Assembly: GCF_016026235.1 (NCBI RefSeq)
Contig: NZ_CP065613.1
Source of the DNA: Escherichia coli
Lineage (GTDB): Bacteria; Pseudomonadota; Gammaproteobacteria; Enterobacterales; Enterobacteriaceae
DNA: 64,000 nucleotides
Strand: one strand, 5' to 3'
The notes below the pieces were generated by a model. That model had not been told where the DNA came from and ran no database searches. It saw nothing but the letters and a program-made list of their open reading frames with translations. The position numbers were made by a program, and so were the translations under genes. Position 1 is the first letter of the stretch. Each line of letters starts with the position of its first letter. Shown in pieces: positions 1-12,510 of the stretch.

Positions 1-119
1 CACGGCGCGAAACAGGACGAAGACGGCGTTTACCGCGTACGAGTCCTAAAAATGGCGGGATAACTTGCCAGAGCGGCTTCCGAGCGAGTAACGTGCTGTT
101 AACAAATAAAGGAGACGTT

Positions 120-509
120 ATGCTGGGTTTAAAACAGGTTCACCATATTGCGATTATTGCGACGGATTATGCGGTGAGCAAAGCTTTCTACTGCGATATT
201 CTTGGTTTCACGCTGCAAAGCGAAGTCTATCGCGAAGCGCGCGACTCGTGGAAAGGGGATTTGGCGCTTAATGGGCAATATGTGATTGAGCTTTTCTCAT
301 TTCCGTTCCCGCCGGAGCGCCCCAGCCGACCGGAAGCTTGCGGCCTGCGTCATCTGGCTTTTAGCGTTGATGATATCGATGCGGCAGTGGCGCACCTTGA
401 AAGCCATAACGTGAAGTGTGAAGCCATCCGTGTCGATCCATACACGCAAAAACGCTTCACGTTCTTTAACGATCCGGACGGGCTGCCGTTGGAACTGTAT
501 GAGCAGTAA
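120..509 (+). CDS. yaeR: VOC/glyoxalase-family protein YaeR
   Basis: ORF 93..509; likely start at ATG 120 (MLGLKQVHH...) preceded by AAGGAG; translation recognised as YaeR-like and position upstream of tilS fits. Confidence 0.8.
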   Translation: MLGLKQVHHIAIIATDYAVSKAFYCDILGFTLQSEVYREARDSWKGDLALNGQYVIELFSFPFPPERPSRPEACGLRHLAFSVDDIDAAVAHLESHNVKCEAIRVDPYTQKRFTFFNDPDGLPLELYEQ

Positions 510-573
510 GGCTTGTCATCGCCGCATTTGCCCGGTAACGTGCCGGGCATTGCTACTGTAAAATCGCATCATC

Positions 574-1869
574 ATGACACTCACGCTCAATAGACAACTT
601 CTCTCCTCACGCCAGATTCTGGTGGCCTTTAGCGGCGGGCTTGACTCCACCGTTCTGCTGCATCAGTTGGTGCAGTGGCGGACGGAAAATCCGGGCGTCA
701 CTCTGCGCGCTATTCATGTGCATCACGGTTTAAGTGCCAATGCCGACGCCTGGGTTATGCATTGCGAGAACATCTGCCAACAGTGGCAGGTGCCGCTGGT
801 GGTCGAGCGCGTGCAACTTGCGCAAGAAGGACTGGGCATTGAGGCCCAGGCGCGGCAGGCGCGTTATCAGGCATTTGCCCGCACCTTGTTGCCCGGTGAA
901 GTGCTGGTCACCGCGCAACATCTCGACGATCAATGTGAAACCTTTCTGCTGGCGCTAAAACGCGGTAGCGGCCCTGCCGGGCTTTCGGCTATGGGGGAAG
1001 TCTCGGAGTTTGCCGGAACACGGCTTATCCGCCCGTTGCTTGCCCGCACGCGGGGGGAACTGGAGCAGTGGGCATTGGCGCATGGTTTACGCTGGATTGA
1101 AGACGAAAGTAATCAGGACGACTCATACGATCGTAACTTTCTGCGCCTGCGCGTAGTGCCGTTATTGCAGCAGCGTTGGCCGCATTTTGCGGAAGCAACG
1201 GCCCGCAGCGCCGCACTTTGTGCTGAACAAGAGAGTCTGTTGGATGAACTGCTGGCGGATGATTTAGCACACTGCCAAACGTCGCAGGGGACGCTGCAGA
1301 TTGCGCCAATGCTGGCGATGAGTGATGCCCGCCGCGCGGCGATTATCCGTCGCTGGCTGGCAGGGCAGAATGCACCAATGCCTTCCCGCGACGCGCTGGT
1401 GCGGATCTGGCAGGAAGTGGCGCTGGCGCGGGAAGATGCCTCCCCCTGTTTACGCTTGGGCGCGTTTGAAATCCGCCGCTATCAGTCGCAACTGTGGTGG
1501 ATTAAATCCGTCACCGGGCAAAGTGAAACCATTGTGCCGTGGCAGACGTGGCTACAACCGCTGGAATTACCGGCGGGGCTGGGAAGCGTACAGCTTACTG
1601 CGGGAGGCGATATTCGCCCTCCGCGTGCAGACGAAGCGGTCAGCGTGCGTTTCAAAGCGGCAGGATTGCTGCATATTGTCGGGCGCAACGGCGGACGTAA
1701 GCTGAAGAAAATCTGGCAAGAGTTAGGCGTGCCGCCGTGGCTACGTGACACCACGCCACTGCTGTTTTATGGCGAAACGCTGATTGCGGCGGCAGGGGTA
1801 TTTGTGACGCAAGAAGGTGTGGCTGAAGGTGAGAATGGCATAAGTTTTGTCTGGCAGCGAAACGCTTAG
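574..1869 (+). CDS. tilS: tRNA(Ile)-lysidine synthetase
   Basis: 431 aa ORF with N-terminal PP-loop motif SGGLDS ([13 protein letters not shown]); conserved synteny. Confidence 0.9.
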   Translation: MTLTLNRQLLSSRQILVAFSGGLDSTVLLHQLVQWRTENPGVTLRAIHVHHGLSANADAWVMHCENICQQWQVPLVVERVQLAQEGLGIEAQARQARYQAFARTLLPGEVLVTAQHLDDQCETFLLALKRGSGPAGLSAMGEVSEFAGTRLIRPLLARTRGELEQWALAHGLRWIEDESNQDDSYDRNFLRLRVVPLLQQRWPHFAEATARSAALCAEQESLLDELLADDLAHCQTSQGTLQIAPMLAMSDARRAAIIRRWLAGQNAPMPSRDALVRIWQEVALAREDASPCLRLGAFEIRRYQSQLWWIKSVTGQSETIVPWQTWLQPLELPAGLGSVQLTAGGDIRPPRADEAVSVRFKAAGLLHIVGRNGGRKLKKIWQELGVPPWLRDTTPLLFYGETLIAAAGVFVTQEGVAEGENGISFVWQRNA

Positions 1870-1896
1870 TTAAGTGAAGGCCGGATATGACGCATT

Positions 1897-2652
<756 letters not shown>

Positions 2653-2756
2653 ATCAGCATACTTGTCCTTAGCCTTCTGCAGTGACAGCTGGTAGTACAG
2701 CGTGCTTCTGGCCAGCCCTGCAGCCTTTAACAGGTCAGACTGGCAGTGTCCGCACT

Positions 2757-3287
2757 TCAGGCTCTGGATGACTTTCGTTTTTTCTCCAGCTCCTGGCGCT
2801 TTTTTTCCAGGAGATGCTCCTGCATGGCTTTCAGATATGCATTTTCTGCGCGAAGATAACGCAGCTCATTCTTCATCTCTTCCGGCGTCATGTTTCCCTC
2901 GTTTTCATGGGTATCATCAGAACGGGTCATGCTTTTCTCCTTCCTGCGCCTGATAAAGGCCTCATTACCAGATTTGCGGTAGCCTTTTATCCAGTTTTTA
3001 ACCATGTTGTGGCTGGGAATGTTAAACCGGGCGGCTACCCGGGGTAGAGACTCAGAATGCCCGAGAGCATAAAGAACCACGCAAAGTTTATCTTCAGGAG
3101 AATAGCTACGCTTGTGTCTGCAATCCAGTGCCTGAGGACCGTGAAGAAGAAAAAGATTAATCCAGTGTGAGAGGCTGGTGTGAGAAAGTTGAAAGAGTTT
3201 TGCCGTAGAAATGATGCCTGCATGACCGGCCAGGTAATGATTTACAGCGGCAAGTTTTACTTCAAATGAATGTTTCATAAACTGCAC
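2757..3287 (-). CDS. IS3-family transposase OrfA (HTH/leucine-zipper part)
   Basis: 176 aa ORF, basic and coiled-coil C-terminus typical of IS150-group OrfA; immediately upstream of the DDE ORF. Confidence 0.7.
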   Translation of the reverse strand: MQFMKHSFEVKLAAVNHYLAGHAGIISTAKLFQLSHTSLSHWINLFLLHGPQALDCRHKRSYSPEDKLCVVLYALGHSESLPRVAARFNIPSHNMVKNWIKGYRKSGNEAFIRRRKEKSMTRSDDTHENEGNMTPEEMKNELRYLRAENAYLKAMQEHLLEKKRQELEKKRKSSRA

Positions 3288-3356
3288 CTTCAGATGTCAG
3301 ATTATGTCCAACATTTGGGGTGCAGTTCATTAAGCGTCGCATCCGGCGAAAGTCAA

Positions 3357-3617
3357 TCAGGACTCGCTCACCACCACCGTACCGATTTCCGGGTGGCTAA
3401 AGCTGGTAATTTTATCCAGACGTAGCTCACGGGTTTCGCCAGCGGCCTCGACGACCAGATACTCCACATTTTTGCGGGAGACTAAATCGCTGGCTTTTGC
3501 CTGCAATTTTTCGCCATCTTTCAGCTCAAGTGTCAGCATTAAATGATGCTGGCAGGCGAGCTCAAGATTATCGTAATCATCACAATTGATTGGTTGATAC
3601 GTATCATTCATTGACAT
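3357..3617 (-). CDS. rof: Rho-binding antiterminator Rof
   Basis: 86 aa ORF recognised as Rof; conserved position next to yaeP. Confidence 0.8.
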
Positions 3618-3804
3618 AATCGCTCACCAGTAAGTTTGCCGCAGCGTATGCTGCTTTTTCCCTGACAGCCTCAGAAAGGGCGTCGTCGGCAGCCATTTCA
3701 TTCAGCACTTTCAAAACGCAGCCCAGCGCGTCCGGAACGTATCCTAAGTCTCCGCTGGCGATTTCCGCGTACCGCTTGCGTATTAACTCACAATATTTTT
3801 CCAC
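3604..3804 (-). CDS. yaeP: small protein YaeP
   Basis: ORF 3604..3822 overlapping rof start; likely internal start giving ~66 aa. Confidence 0.6.
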
Positions 3805-3969
3805 ATGCCCTCCTGTCAGCACTCTGACTTAACCGTGGATGCAAGTCTAAGCCTACGAAGATAAACTCTGTTTCGCAAGGTGACTATACCACACTCATTT
3901 CTGCAATATCAGCGCCGCAACTGCACGTATTCCGTTACAATGGCCTCCTGATTCGAAAGGAGTTTTCTT

Positions 3970-4515
3970 ATGGCGCTTAAAGCGACAATTTATAAAGCGA
4001 CGGTTAATGTGGCCGATCTCGACCGCAACCAGTTTCTCGATGCCTCTCTGACGCTGGCGCGCCACCCTTCAGAAACCTAGGAGCGTATGATGCTGCGCTT
4101 GCTGGCGTGGCTGAAATATGCTGATGAACGTCTGCAATTTACCCGTGGTTTGTGTGCCGATGATGAGCCGGAAGCGTGGCTGCGTAACGATCACCTGGGC
4201 ATTGATTTGTGGATTGAGCTGGGGCTGCCGGATGAGCGGCGGATTAAGAAAGCCTGCACCCAGGCCGCAGAAGTGGCGCTGTTTACCTATAATAGTCGGG
4301 CGGCGCAAATCTGGTGGCAGCAAAATCAGAGCAAATGTGTGCAGTTTGCCAATCTTTCCGTCTGGTATCTGGACGATGAACAACTGGCGAAAGTAAGCGC
4401 CTTTGCCGATCGTACCATGACGCTGCAGGCAACGATTCAGGATGGCGTGATCTGGTTATCGGATGATAAGAATAATCTGGAAGTGAACTTAACCGCCTGG
4501 CAACAACCTTCATGA
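3970..4515 (+). pseudogene. yaeQ: yaeQ interrupted by in-frame TAG at 4078..4080 (downstream ORF 4087..4515 retains residues ~40-181)
   Basis: ATG at 3970 encodes [36 protein letters not shown] then TAG in frame; reading continues as [10 protein letters not shown]... in the same frame. Confidence 0.55.
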
Positions 4516-4934
4516 TTGTGATTTCCCGACATGTTGCTATTCCCGATGGTGAGCTTGAGATCACCGCCATTCGTGCGCAGGGCGCGGGCGGGCAGCATGT
4601 TAATAAGACCTCAACGGCTATTCATCTGCGTTTTGACATTCGGGCGTCCAGCCTGCCAGAGTATTACAAAGAGCGTCTGCTCGCCGCCAGCCATCATTTG
4701 ATCAGCAGTGATGGCGTGATTGTCATTAAGGCACAGGAATACCGCAGTCAGGAACTGAACCGCGAAGCCGCTCTGGCCCGGCTGGTGGCTGTGATTAAAG
4801 AATTAACAACAGAACAAAAAGCCCGACGACCCACGCGGCCCACCCGTGCATCGAAAGAGCGCAGGCTGGCATCGAAAGCACAAAAATCAAGCGTGAAGGC
4901 GATGCGCGGCAAAGTGCGCAGCGGTCGGGAATAA
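4512..4934 (+). CDS. arfB: ribosome-rescue peptidyl-tRNA hydrolase ArfB (YaeJ)
   Basis: 140 aa with GGQ motif ([12 protein letters not shown]) and basic C-terminal tail. Confidence 0.85.
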   Translation: MIVISRHVAIPDGELEITAIRAQGAGGQHVNKTSTAIHLRFDIRASSLPEYYKERLLAASHHLISSDGVIVIKAQEYRSQELNREAALARLVAVIKELTTEQKARRPTRPTRASKERRLASKAQKSSVKAMRGKVRSGRE

Positions 4935-4947
4935 AAAGAAGGAATGG

Positions 4948-5658
4948 ATGGTGAAAAAAGCGATAGTGACAGCGATGGCTGTAATCAGCCTCTTTACTCT
5001 GATGGGTTGTAATAATCGGGCCGAAGTCGATACGCTTTCTCCGGCGCAGGCAGCCGAACTGAAACCGATGCCGCAAAGTTGGCGCGGCGTGCTGCCGTGT
5101 GCCGATTGCGAAGGAATCGAAACCTCTCTGTTCCTCGAAAAAGACGGAACATGGGTGATGAATGAGCGTTATCTCGGTGCTCGTGAAGAACCTTCCTCCT
5201 TCGCTTCCTACGGTACATGGGCGCGAACCGCTGACAAGCTGGTATTAACCGACAGCAAAGGTGAAAAGTCATATTATCGGGCGAAAGGCGATGCGCTGGA
5301 GATGCTCGATCGTGAAGGCAATCCGATTGAATCGCAGTTCAACTATACGCTGGAACCGGCACAATCCAGTTTACCCATGACGCCGATGACCCTGCGGGGC
5401 ATGTATTTTTATATGGCTGATGCGGCGACCTTCACTGATTGCGTGACCGGAAAACGTTTCATGGTAGCGAATAACGCAGAGCTGGAGCGTGGCTACCTGG
5501 CTGCGCGTGGTCACAGTGAAAAACCGGTGTTACTGTCAGTAGAAGGTCACTTTACGCTTGAGGCTAATCCGGATACCGGTGCGCCAACCAAAGTATTAGC
5601 GCCCGATACGGCGGGTAAATTTTACCCGAATAAGGATTGCAGTAGTTTGGGGCTGTAA
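4948..5658 (+). CDS. nlpE: outer-membrane lipoprotein NlpE (CutF), Cpx envelope-stress sensor
   Basis: 236 aa with signal peptide and lipobox (LMGC), CXXC motif; synteny. Confidence 0.85.
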   Translation: MVKKAIVTAMAVISLFTLMGCNNRAEVDTLSPAQAAELKPMPQSWRGVLPCADCEGIETSLFLEKDGTWVMNERYLGAREEPSSFASYGTWARTADKLVLTDSKGEKSYYRAKGDALEMLDREGNPIESQFNYTLEPAQSSLPMTPMTLRGMYFYMADAATFTDCVTGKRFMVANNAELERGYLAARGHSEKPVLLSVEGHFTLEANPDTGAPTKVLAPDTAGKFYPNKDCSSLGL

Positions 5659-5689
5659 CCCGTCTTGAGACAGAAACAAACGCAAAACA

Positions 5690-5880
<191 letters not shown>

Positions 5881-5907
5881 GACCCGCCTTGATATAAATC
5901 CCTGGCT

Positions 5908-6735
5908 TCAGGTGCCCAACATACTGTAACTGCGTTTCTGCTTAAACGCAGAGACATCACCAATACGCATATGCATCAGATCGGCAGGGCTAATCCATCC
6001 CGATTGCGCCAGCGTAAGCGGATGCCCGGCTTTGGCAAATGCATCAGTGACAAATTCCGAACAAAACCACGACTTTTTGTCTCCTTCGCCCACACTGCTT
6101 AACTGCGCTTTCGCCAGGCCGCTGACGCACTGTTGGCGAAAATCCTCGGAGAACGGATTCAGTGAGCACATCTGGCGAGTCACCATAAAGGGAATAAATT
6201 CGACAATGCCGCGATAGTTATAACCGCTATCTTTGATTTTATTGGCAAACGCGGTGATATCTGTGGCTTGTTGCGGGGTAAGATCCGGGACTCGTAAGAC
6301 GAAAAGCTTATCACTATGCTTCATCGCTTTTTTAAGGGAAACGATCTGGACGCCAGCGCCTGTCGCTTCTGCAACGTTATTATCACCCAGATAGATTGCA
6401 ACGTGACTCACAGAGGAAGTGCTGAAGACGCGGATTCCAAATGAGGTTACCCCAAGGCTTGAGGAGAACAGCAAATCGCCGGGTTTGAGATCAGGTACCG
6501 TTATTTCTTTTATTGATTGTTCGGTGAAAGAGCTTTGATGCTGGAATTTGACAGCCCATGTTTTTGCCTCGGCATCTACTGCTGTGGCTGATGGGTCTGG
6601 CTGGCTGATATCAACGGTACAAGCCGAAAGTAAAAGAAAGCTGGGGAGAAACAGGCGGCAGTACGCCTTTGGTTTATCCATTTTATACAATCCATGTAAA
6701 AAAAGGGCCCTGAAATTCAGGACCCTTTCTGGCAT
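5908..6735 (-). CDS. yaeF: putative lipoprotein YaeF (NlpC/P60-related)
   Basis: 275 aa ORF with signal peptide and lipobox-like LSAC; synteny between nlpE and proS. Confidence 0.7.
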   Translation of the reverse strand: MPERVLNFRALFLHGLYKMDKPKAYCRLFLPSFLLLSACTVDISQPDPSATAVDAEAKTWAVKFQHQSSFTEQSIKEITVPDLKPGDLLFSSSLGVTSFGIRVFSTSSVSHVAIYLGDNNVAEATGAGVQIVSLKKAMKHSDKLFVLRVPDLTPQQATDITAFANKIKDSGYNYRGIVEFIPFMVTRQMCSLNPFSEDFRQQCVSGLAKAQLSSVGEGDKKSWFCSEFVTDAFAKAGHPLTLAQSGWISPADLMHMRIGDVSAFKQKRSYSMLGT

Positions 6736-8453
6736 CAGCCTTTAATCTGTTTCACCAGATATTCGACGATGTCACCAGTCTTAATTAACTGTTTCTCGCC
6801 GTTGCGACGATATTTATATTCGATATCGTCGTTGTCGAGGTTACGGTCGCCCAGCACAATAGTGTGCGGAATACCGATCAGTTCCATATCAGCAAACATC
6901 ACGCCCGGACGCTCTTTGCGGTCATCCAGCAGCACTTCGATACCTTGTGCACGCAGTTCGCTGTACAGTTTCTCAGCAAGCTCTTGTACGCGGAAGGATT
7001 TGTGCATGTTCATCGGCAGAATCGCCACCTGGAACGGCGCGATAGCGTCAGGCCATACGATGCCGCGTTCGTCGTAGTTCTGCTCAATCGCCGCAGCTAC
7101 CACACGCGTTACCCCGATACCGTAGCAACCCATCGTCAGGATTTGGTTACGGCCATCTTCACCCTGTACGGAGGCTTTCAGTGCTTCGGAGTACTTGGTA
7201 CCCAGCTGGAAGATGTGACCAACTTCGATACCACGTTTGATCAGCAGCGTACCCTGGCCATCCGGGCTTGGATCGCCAGCCACCACGTTACGGATATCTG
7301 CAACTTCCGGGGTAGCGACATCGCGATCCCAGTTGATGCCGAAGTAGTGTTTACCATCGATGTTAGCACCAGCAGCGAAATCACTCATCGCCGCAACGGT
7401 ACGGTCAATCACCACCGGAATCGGCATGTTTACCGGACCCAGTGAACCCGGACCGGCTTTAACCACAGCACGAATTTCTTCTTCGGTCGCGAAAGTCAGC
7501 GGGCTTGCAACCTGCGGCAGTTTTTCTGCTTTAACTTCGTTCAGCTCGTGATCACCGCGCACCAGCAGCGCAACCAGCGGGAAGCTGCTGCCTTCAACCG
7601 CTTTAACCAGCAGAGTCTTAACCGTTTTCTCAATCGGCAGATTGAACTGTTCAACCAGTTCCGCGATGGTTTTCGCGTTCGGCGTATCAACCAGCGTCAT
7701 TTCCTGGGTAGCAGCAGCGCGCGGTTCTTTCGGCGCGATAGCTTCTGCCAGTTCAATGTTCGCTGCATAGTCAGAGGTGTCGGAGAAGACCACATCGTCT
7801 TCACCGCTCTGCGCCAGCACCTGGAATTCGTGAGAGGCGCTGCCGCCGATAGAACCGGTGTCGGCTTGTACGGCGCGGAAATCCAGCCCCATGCGGCTGA
7901 AGATTTTGCTGTAGGCCGCATACATTGCATCGTAGGTTTCCTGCAGGGATTCCTGAGAAGTATGGAAAGAGTAAGCATCTTTCATCAGGAATTCGCGGGA
8001 ACGCATGACGCCGAAACGCGGACGCACTTCGTCGCGGAACTTGGTCTGGATCTGATAGAAGTTCAGCGGCAGCTGTTTGTAAGAGCTAAGCTCGTTACGA
8101 ATCAGGTCAGTGATAACTTCTTCATGAGTTGGGCCGAGTACGAACGGACGCTCGCCACGGTCAACAAAACGCAGCAGTTCCGGACCGTACTGTTCCCAAC
8201 GACCACTCTCTTGCCACAAATCGGCTGGCTGAACCACCGGCATCGACACCTCGATCGCACCGGCGTTGTTCATCTCTTCACGCACGATGTTTTCGACTTT
8301 TTTCAGAACGCGCACGCCGGTCGGCAGCCAGGTATATAACCCGGAGGCCAGCTTGCGGATCATCCCGGCGCGCAGCATCAGCTGATGGCTGATCACCTCG
8401 GCGTCGGCAGGTGTCTCCTTGAGAGTGGAGAGCAGGTATTGGCTAGTACGCAT
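6735..8453 (-). CDS. proS: prolyl-tRNA synthetase
   Basis: ORF 6735..8507; probable start at [20 protein letters not shown] (572 aa); class II aaRS. Confidence 0.9.
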
Positions 8454-8564
8454 GTTGTTACGGTTCCAGTTGGAAGGTAGAACAGGCTCAAGGCGAGCCT
8501 GGGACAAAAAAAAGTGATTTAGTTTACCAGTGCAAAAGAAATGTCAAAAGAGAAGGGCGTGAAT

Positions 8565-9272
8565 TTAACGCGGTTCCAGCGCAAAGACTTCAAAACCTGC
8601 GTCGGTGACGCGCCAGCGAACGTTAAAATCATGTAGCCAGACGGCATAGGTTTTGCCCGTTTCCTCACCTTTACGATAGGCCGGGCGCGGGTCCTGCGCC
8701 AGTACTTCGCGGATAAACAGCGTTAACTGCGGATAACGCTTCTCCAGCGTCAAAAGCTGCTTTTCGACCTCTGCGGTAAAACTCACCGCCATCTCTGCCG
8801 CTGGCGCACTTTGCGCATAGCTGGCACTGGCATCGGGAAGCGATTCGGCAAAGGGGAGATACGGTTTGATATCCACCACCGGCGTACCATCGACCAGATC
8901 CAGACTGCCGAGCTTCAGAATCACGCTGTCTTTATGGCAAACAACCTCTTTCAGCTCTACCAGCGACATACCAATTGGGTTAGGGCGAAAAGTGGAGCGC
9001 GTAGCGAAAACACCCATTCTGGCATTACCGCCAAGACGAGGCGGACGCACAGTCGGACGCCAGCCGCCTTCCATCGTTTGATGAAAGACGAAAAGGATCC
9101 ATAAATGGCTGAATGCTTCCAGGCCGCGAACGGCGTCGGCCTGGTTGTAGGGAGCAATGAGATGCAGTTCGCCGTTGGCGCTTTTTACCAGACCTGGCTG
9201 GCGCGGAACGGCGAACTTTTCTTTATAGGGCGAGCGAATAACGCCTATTTGCTCGAACTGGAAACTGCTCAT
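8565..9272 (-). CDS. tsaA: tRNA (adenine37-N6)-methyltransferase TsaA (YaeB)
   Basis: 235 aa ORF recognised as YaeB/TsaA; synteny. Confidence 0.8.
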   Translation of the reverse strand: MSSFQFEQIGVIRSPYKEKFAVPRQPGLVKSANGELHLIAPYNQADAVRGLEAFSHLWILFVFHQTMEGGWRPTVRPPRLGGNARMGVFATRSTFRPNPIGMSLVELKEVVCHKDSVILKLGSLDLVDGTPVVDIKPYLPFAESLPDASASYAQSAPAAEMAVSFTAEVEKQLLTLEKRYPQLTLFIREVLAQDPRPAYRKGEETGKTYAVWLHDFNVRWRVTDAGFEVFALEPR

Positions 9273-9673
9273 TTCGCCGTAATGTTAAGCGCAGAACCGA
9301 TACATACAGCCTGACGATAGCAGCCTGGCGTACCGCTGGTGACTTCGCAGCTATGCAGTAATACCGCATTGGCTTTCATTTTCGAGGCGTTGATTTGCAT
9401 CCGCTTACGTGCGGTTGGAATGCTCGGCGGAGAGTCCTGATTAGAGGCCTGGCAAGAGTCGCCACTGACTTCGCCGAGATCGCGGAACGGTTTGCCGACT
9501 AATTCTTCTGCATTGGTATAAATTCGGACCGGCGTGGCGCGCGGCGCTTTCGGTTTTGCAGGCTCCGCTTTCGGCTGGGGTGCAGTGCTTTGAACGGGTT
9601 CGACAGGGGATCTGCTTAACATGGAACAGCCGCTTAGCATGAGTGCTACTAAACAGATCGGTAAAGCACGCAT
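9269..9673 (-). CDS. rcsF: outer-membrane lipoprotein RcsF
   Basis: 134 aa, lipobox LSGC, proline-rich linker, conserved cysteines. Confidence 0.85.
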   Translation of the reverse strand: MRALPICLVALMLSGCSMLSRSPVEPVQSTAPQPKAEPAKPKAPRATPVRIYTNAEELVGKPFRDLGEVSGDSCQASNQDSPPSIPTARKRMQINASKMKANAVLLHSCEVTSGTPGCYRQAVCIGSALNITAK

Positions 9674-9790
9674 AGTATTTCCTCAATGTATGATCAAAAC
9701 GTCAATATTGAATCAGGAGCTTGTAAAAATGACAAGACGGGCAAGCGCCCGTCCTGAATGATATTACAAATTGTGGAAACAGCCTAAAAA

Positions 9791-10606
9791 TTACCAGCCT
9801 TTAACAGCGCCGCCGTTAAACACTTTGTTTGCTGCTTCGTAAACTTCATCAGACTGATAAGCCTGGACGAATTTCTTCACGTTCTCGGCGTCTTTGTTAT
9901 CTTCACGCGTTACGATCAGGTTTACGTACGGGGAGTCTTTATCTTCGACAAAGATACCGTCTTTCGCTGGAGTCAGGCCAATCTGGCTGGCATAGGTGGT
10001 ATTGATAACTGCCAGAGCGATTTGCGCGTCGTCCAGAGATCGAGGCAGCTGCGGTGCTTCCAGCTCAACAATTTTCAGATTTTTTGGGTTCTCAACAACA
10101 TCAAGAACGGTCGGCAGCAGGCCAACGCCATCTTTCAGTTTGATCAAGCCCACTTTTTGCAGCAGCAGCAGTGAACGACCAAGATTAGTTGGATCGTTTG
10201 GCACGGCAACCTGCGAACCATCCTGCAGTTCATCCAGTGATTTGATTTTCTTGGAGTAACCAGCAATCGGATAAACAAAAGTGTTGCCTACTGCGACCAG
10301 TTTGTAGCCACGATCTTTCAGTTGCTGATCAAGGTACGGTTTATGCTGGAAGGCGTTGGCGTCGATATCGCCTTTGCTCAATGCTTCGTTTGGCAGAACA
10401 TAGTCGTTGAAGGTTACCAGCTCAACGTCCAGGCCATATTTGTCTTTCGCAACTTTCTGCGCGACTTCTGCTACCTGCTGTTCGGCACCAACAATCACGC
10501 CGACTTTAATGTGGTTTGGATCTTTTTCATCCTGACCGCAGCCTACCAGTGCCAGTGATCCAATCAGGGCTCCCACTGCCGCAAAGGTTTTGAATTTGAA
10601 CGCCAT
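9791..10606 (-). CDS. metQ: D-methionine ABC transporter substrate-binding lipoprotein
   Basis: 271 aa with lipobox LVGC; sits in metNIQ operon order. Confidence 0.9.
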   Translation of the reverse strand: MAFKFKTFAAVGALIGSLALVGCGQDEKDPNHIKVGVIVGAEQQVAEVAQKVAKDKYGLDVELVTFNDYVLPNEALSKGDIDANAFQHKPYLDQQLKDRGYKLVAVGNTFVYPIAGYSKKIKSLDELQDGSQVAVPNDPTNLGRSLLLLQKVGLIKLKDGVGLLPTVLDVVENPKNLKIVELEAPQLPRSLDDAQIALAVINTTYASQIGLTPAKDGIFVEDKDSPYVNLIVTREDNKDAENVKKFVQAYQSDEVYEAANKVFNGGAVKGW

Positions 10607-10645
10607 ACCTTATTCCTTCTTCAATTATTTATGTTGTGTTGAACG

Positions 10646-11299
10646 TTACTTGCGAGTGACAGCCCGGACGATGCGGTCGCCTGCGAACTGAATTAAATAA
10701 ACCAGAATGACCAGCAATACCAGTACCGTATTCATCACCGTCGCGTTATAGCCGATGTAGCCATACTGATAGCCAATCTGACCTAAACCACCGGCACCGA
10801 CTGCACCACCCATCGCGGAATAACCGACCAGGGTAATCAGGGTGATAGTTGCCGCATTCACCAGACCCGGCAGTGCTTCCGGTAACAGCACCTTACGGAC
10901 GATCTGCATCGGCGTGGCACCCATTGCGCGGGAAGCTTCAATTAACCCGGTTGGGATCTCCAGCAGAGCGTTCTCGACCATACGGGCAATAAACGGTGCT
11001 GCACCAACGGTTAACGGAACAATCGCTGCCTGCAAACCAATCGATGTACCGACAATAACGCGGGTAAACGGAATCATCCATACCAGCAAGATAATGAACG
11101 GGATGGAACGGAAAATGTTCACAATCGCAGAAACGGTACGATACAGCTTCGCGTTAGCAATAATTTGCCCCGGGCGCGTAACATAAAGCAGGACGCCGAC
11201 CGGCAGACCAATCACAAAGCCAAAAAATCCGGATACGAAGGTCATTGCCAGCGTTTCCCATACGCCACGAACCAGCAACCACATCATCGGCTCAGACAT
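10646..11299 (-). CDS. metI: D-methionine ABC transporter permease
   Basis: 217 aa hydrophobic multi-TM protein between metN and metQ. Confidence 0.9.
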
Positions 11300-12323
11300 A
11301 ACCCAGTACCTCTACTTTTACATGGTGTTCCTGCAGCCAGGCAATGGCGGCTTGCGTATCTTGTTGTGTGCCGTGCATTTCAGTCAGCATGATGCCGAAC
11401 TTAACGCCACCGGCGTAATCCATCTGCGCGCTAATAATGTTGTTGTTGACGTTGAAACGACGCGCGGTTTCAGAAAGCAGCGGGGCATCGACCGATTGAC
11501 CGGTAAACTCCAGGCGCAACATCGGCACGCAGTCAGTAAATGGCTCCGCTTGCAGACGTTCCTGGTAATCTTCCGGGATATCCAGATGCAGGGTCGACTG
11601 AATAAACTTCTGCGCCAGCGGCGTTTTCGGATGCGAGAACACTTCACTTACCGTGTCCTGCTCGATCAGTTCGCCATTGCTGATGACCGCCACGCAATCA
11701 CAAATACGCTTCACAACGTCCATTTCGTGGGTGATCAACAGAATCGTCAAACCCAGACGGCGGTTAATGTCTTTCAGCAGTTCGAGAATAGAACGTGTCG
11801 TTGCCGGGTCTAGCGCGCTGGTGGCTTCATCACACAGCAATACTTTGGGATTGCTGGCTAATGCACGGGCAATCGCCACACGTTGTTTCTGCCCACCGGA
11901 AAGATTCGACGGGTAGCTATCATGCTTATCTCCAAGACCAACCAATGACAGCAATTCCGTCACGCGACGTTTGATCTCGTCTTTCGGTGTATTGTCCAGC
12001 TCCAGCGGCAGAGCCACGTTGCCAAAAACAGTACGCGAAGAGAGCAGGTTAAAATGCTGGAAAATCATACCAATCTGGCGACGAGCTTTGGTCAACTCGG
12101 ATTCTGACAGCGTGGTCAGTTCCTGGCCATCGACCAGCACGCTACCCTCGGTTGGGCGCTCCAGCAGGTTTACACAACGTATAAGCGTACTCTTACCCGC
12201 GCCTGAGGCACCGATAACGCCATAAATTTGTCCAGCTGGCACATGCAGGCTGACGTTGTTCAACGCCTGGATGGTGCGGGTGCCCTGGTGGAACACTTTG
12301 GTGATATTCGAAAGTTTTATCAT
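11292..12323 (-). CDS. metN: D-methionine ABC transporter ATP-binding protein
   Basis: 343 aa with Walker [10 protein letters not shown] and ABC signature LSGGQKQR. Confidence 0.9.
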
Positions 12324-12404
12324 TGATTATTTATTATCGTCATTAAGTTAGTCGTGGCATTTCGCATGCCTGAAACGGGCAACGCCGTCAATGAAATGGA
12401 TGTT

Positions 12405-12430
12405 AAGGCATCCAGACGTCTAAATCAATC
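12405..12430. promoter_or_regulatory. candidate MetJ operator (met box) in the metN promoter region
   Basis: AGACGTCT octamer at 12414..12421 within the metN-gmhB divergent intergenic region. Confidence 0.45.
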
Positions 12431-12510
12431 AGGTTTATGCGAAGAGCACTTTCTTGCAGGTCGAAACATGCGATACTAGCGTCACATGCCTTATTAAGGA
12501 GCTATAAAAG

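Noticed and set aside
7548-8339. 263-aa ORF antisense to proS, and similar antisense ORFs in metN, tssM, tagH and vgrG (for example 41261..42415, 50431..51414)
   Set aside because: Overlap conserved housekeeping or T6SS genes on the other strand; no independent start or RBS context; compositional artefacts.
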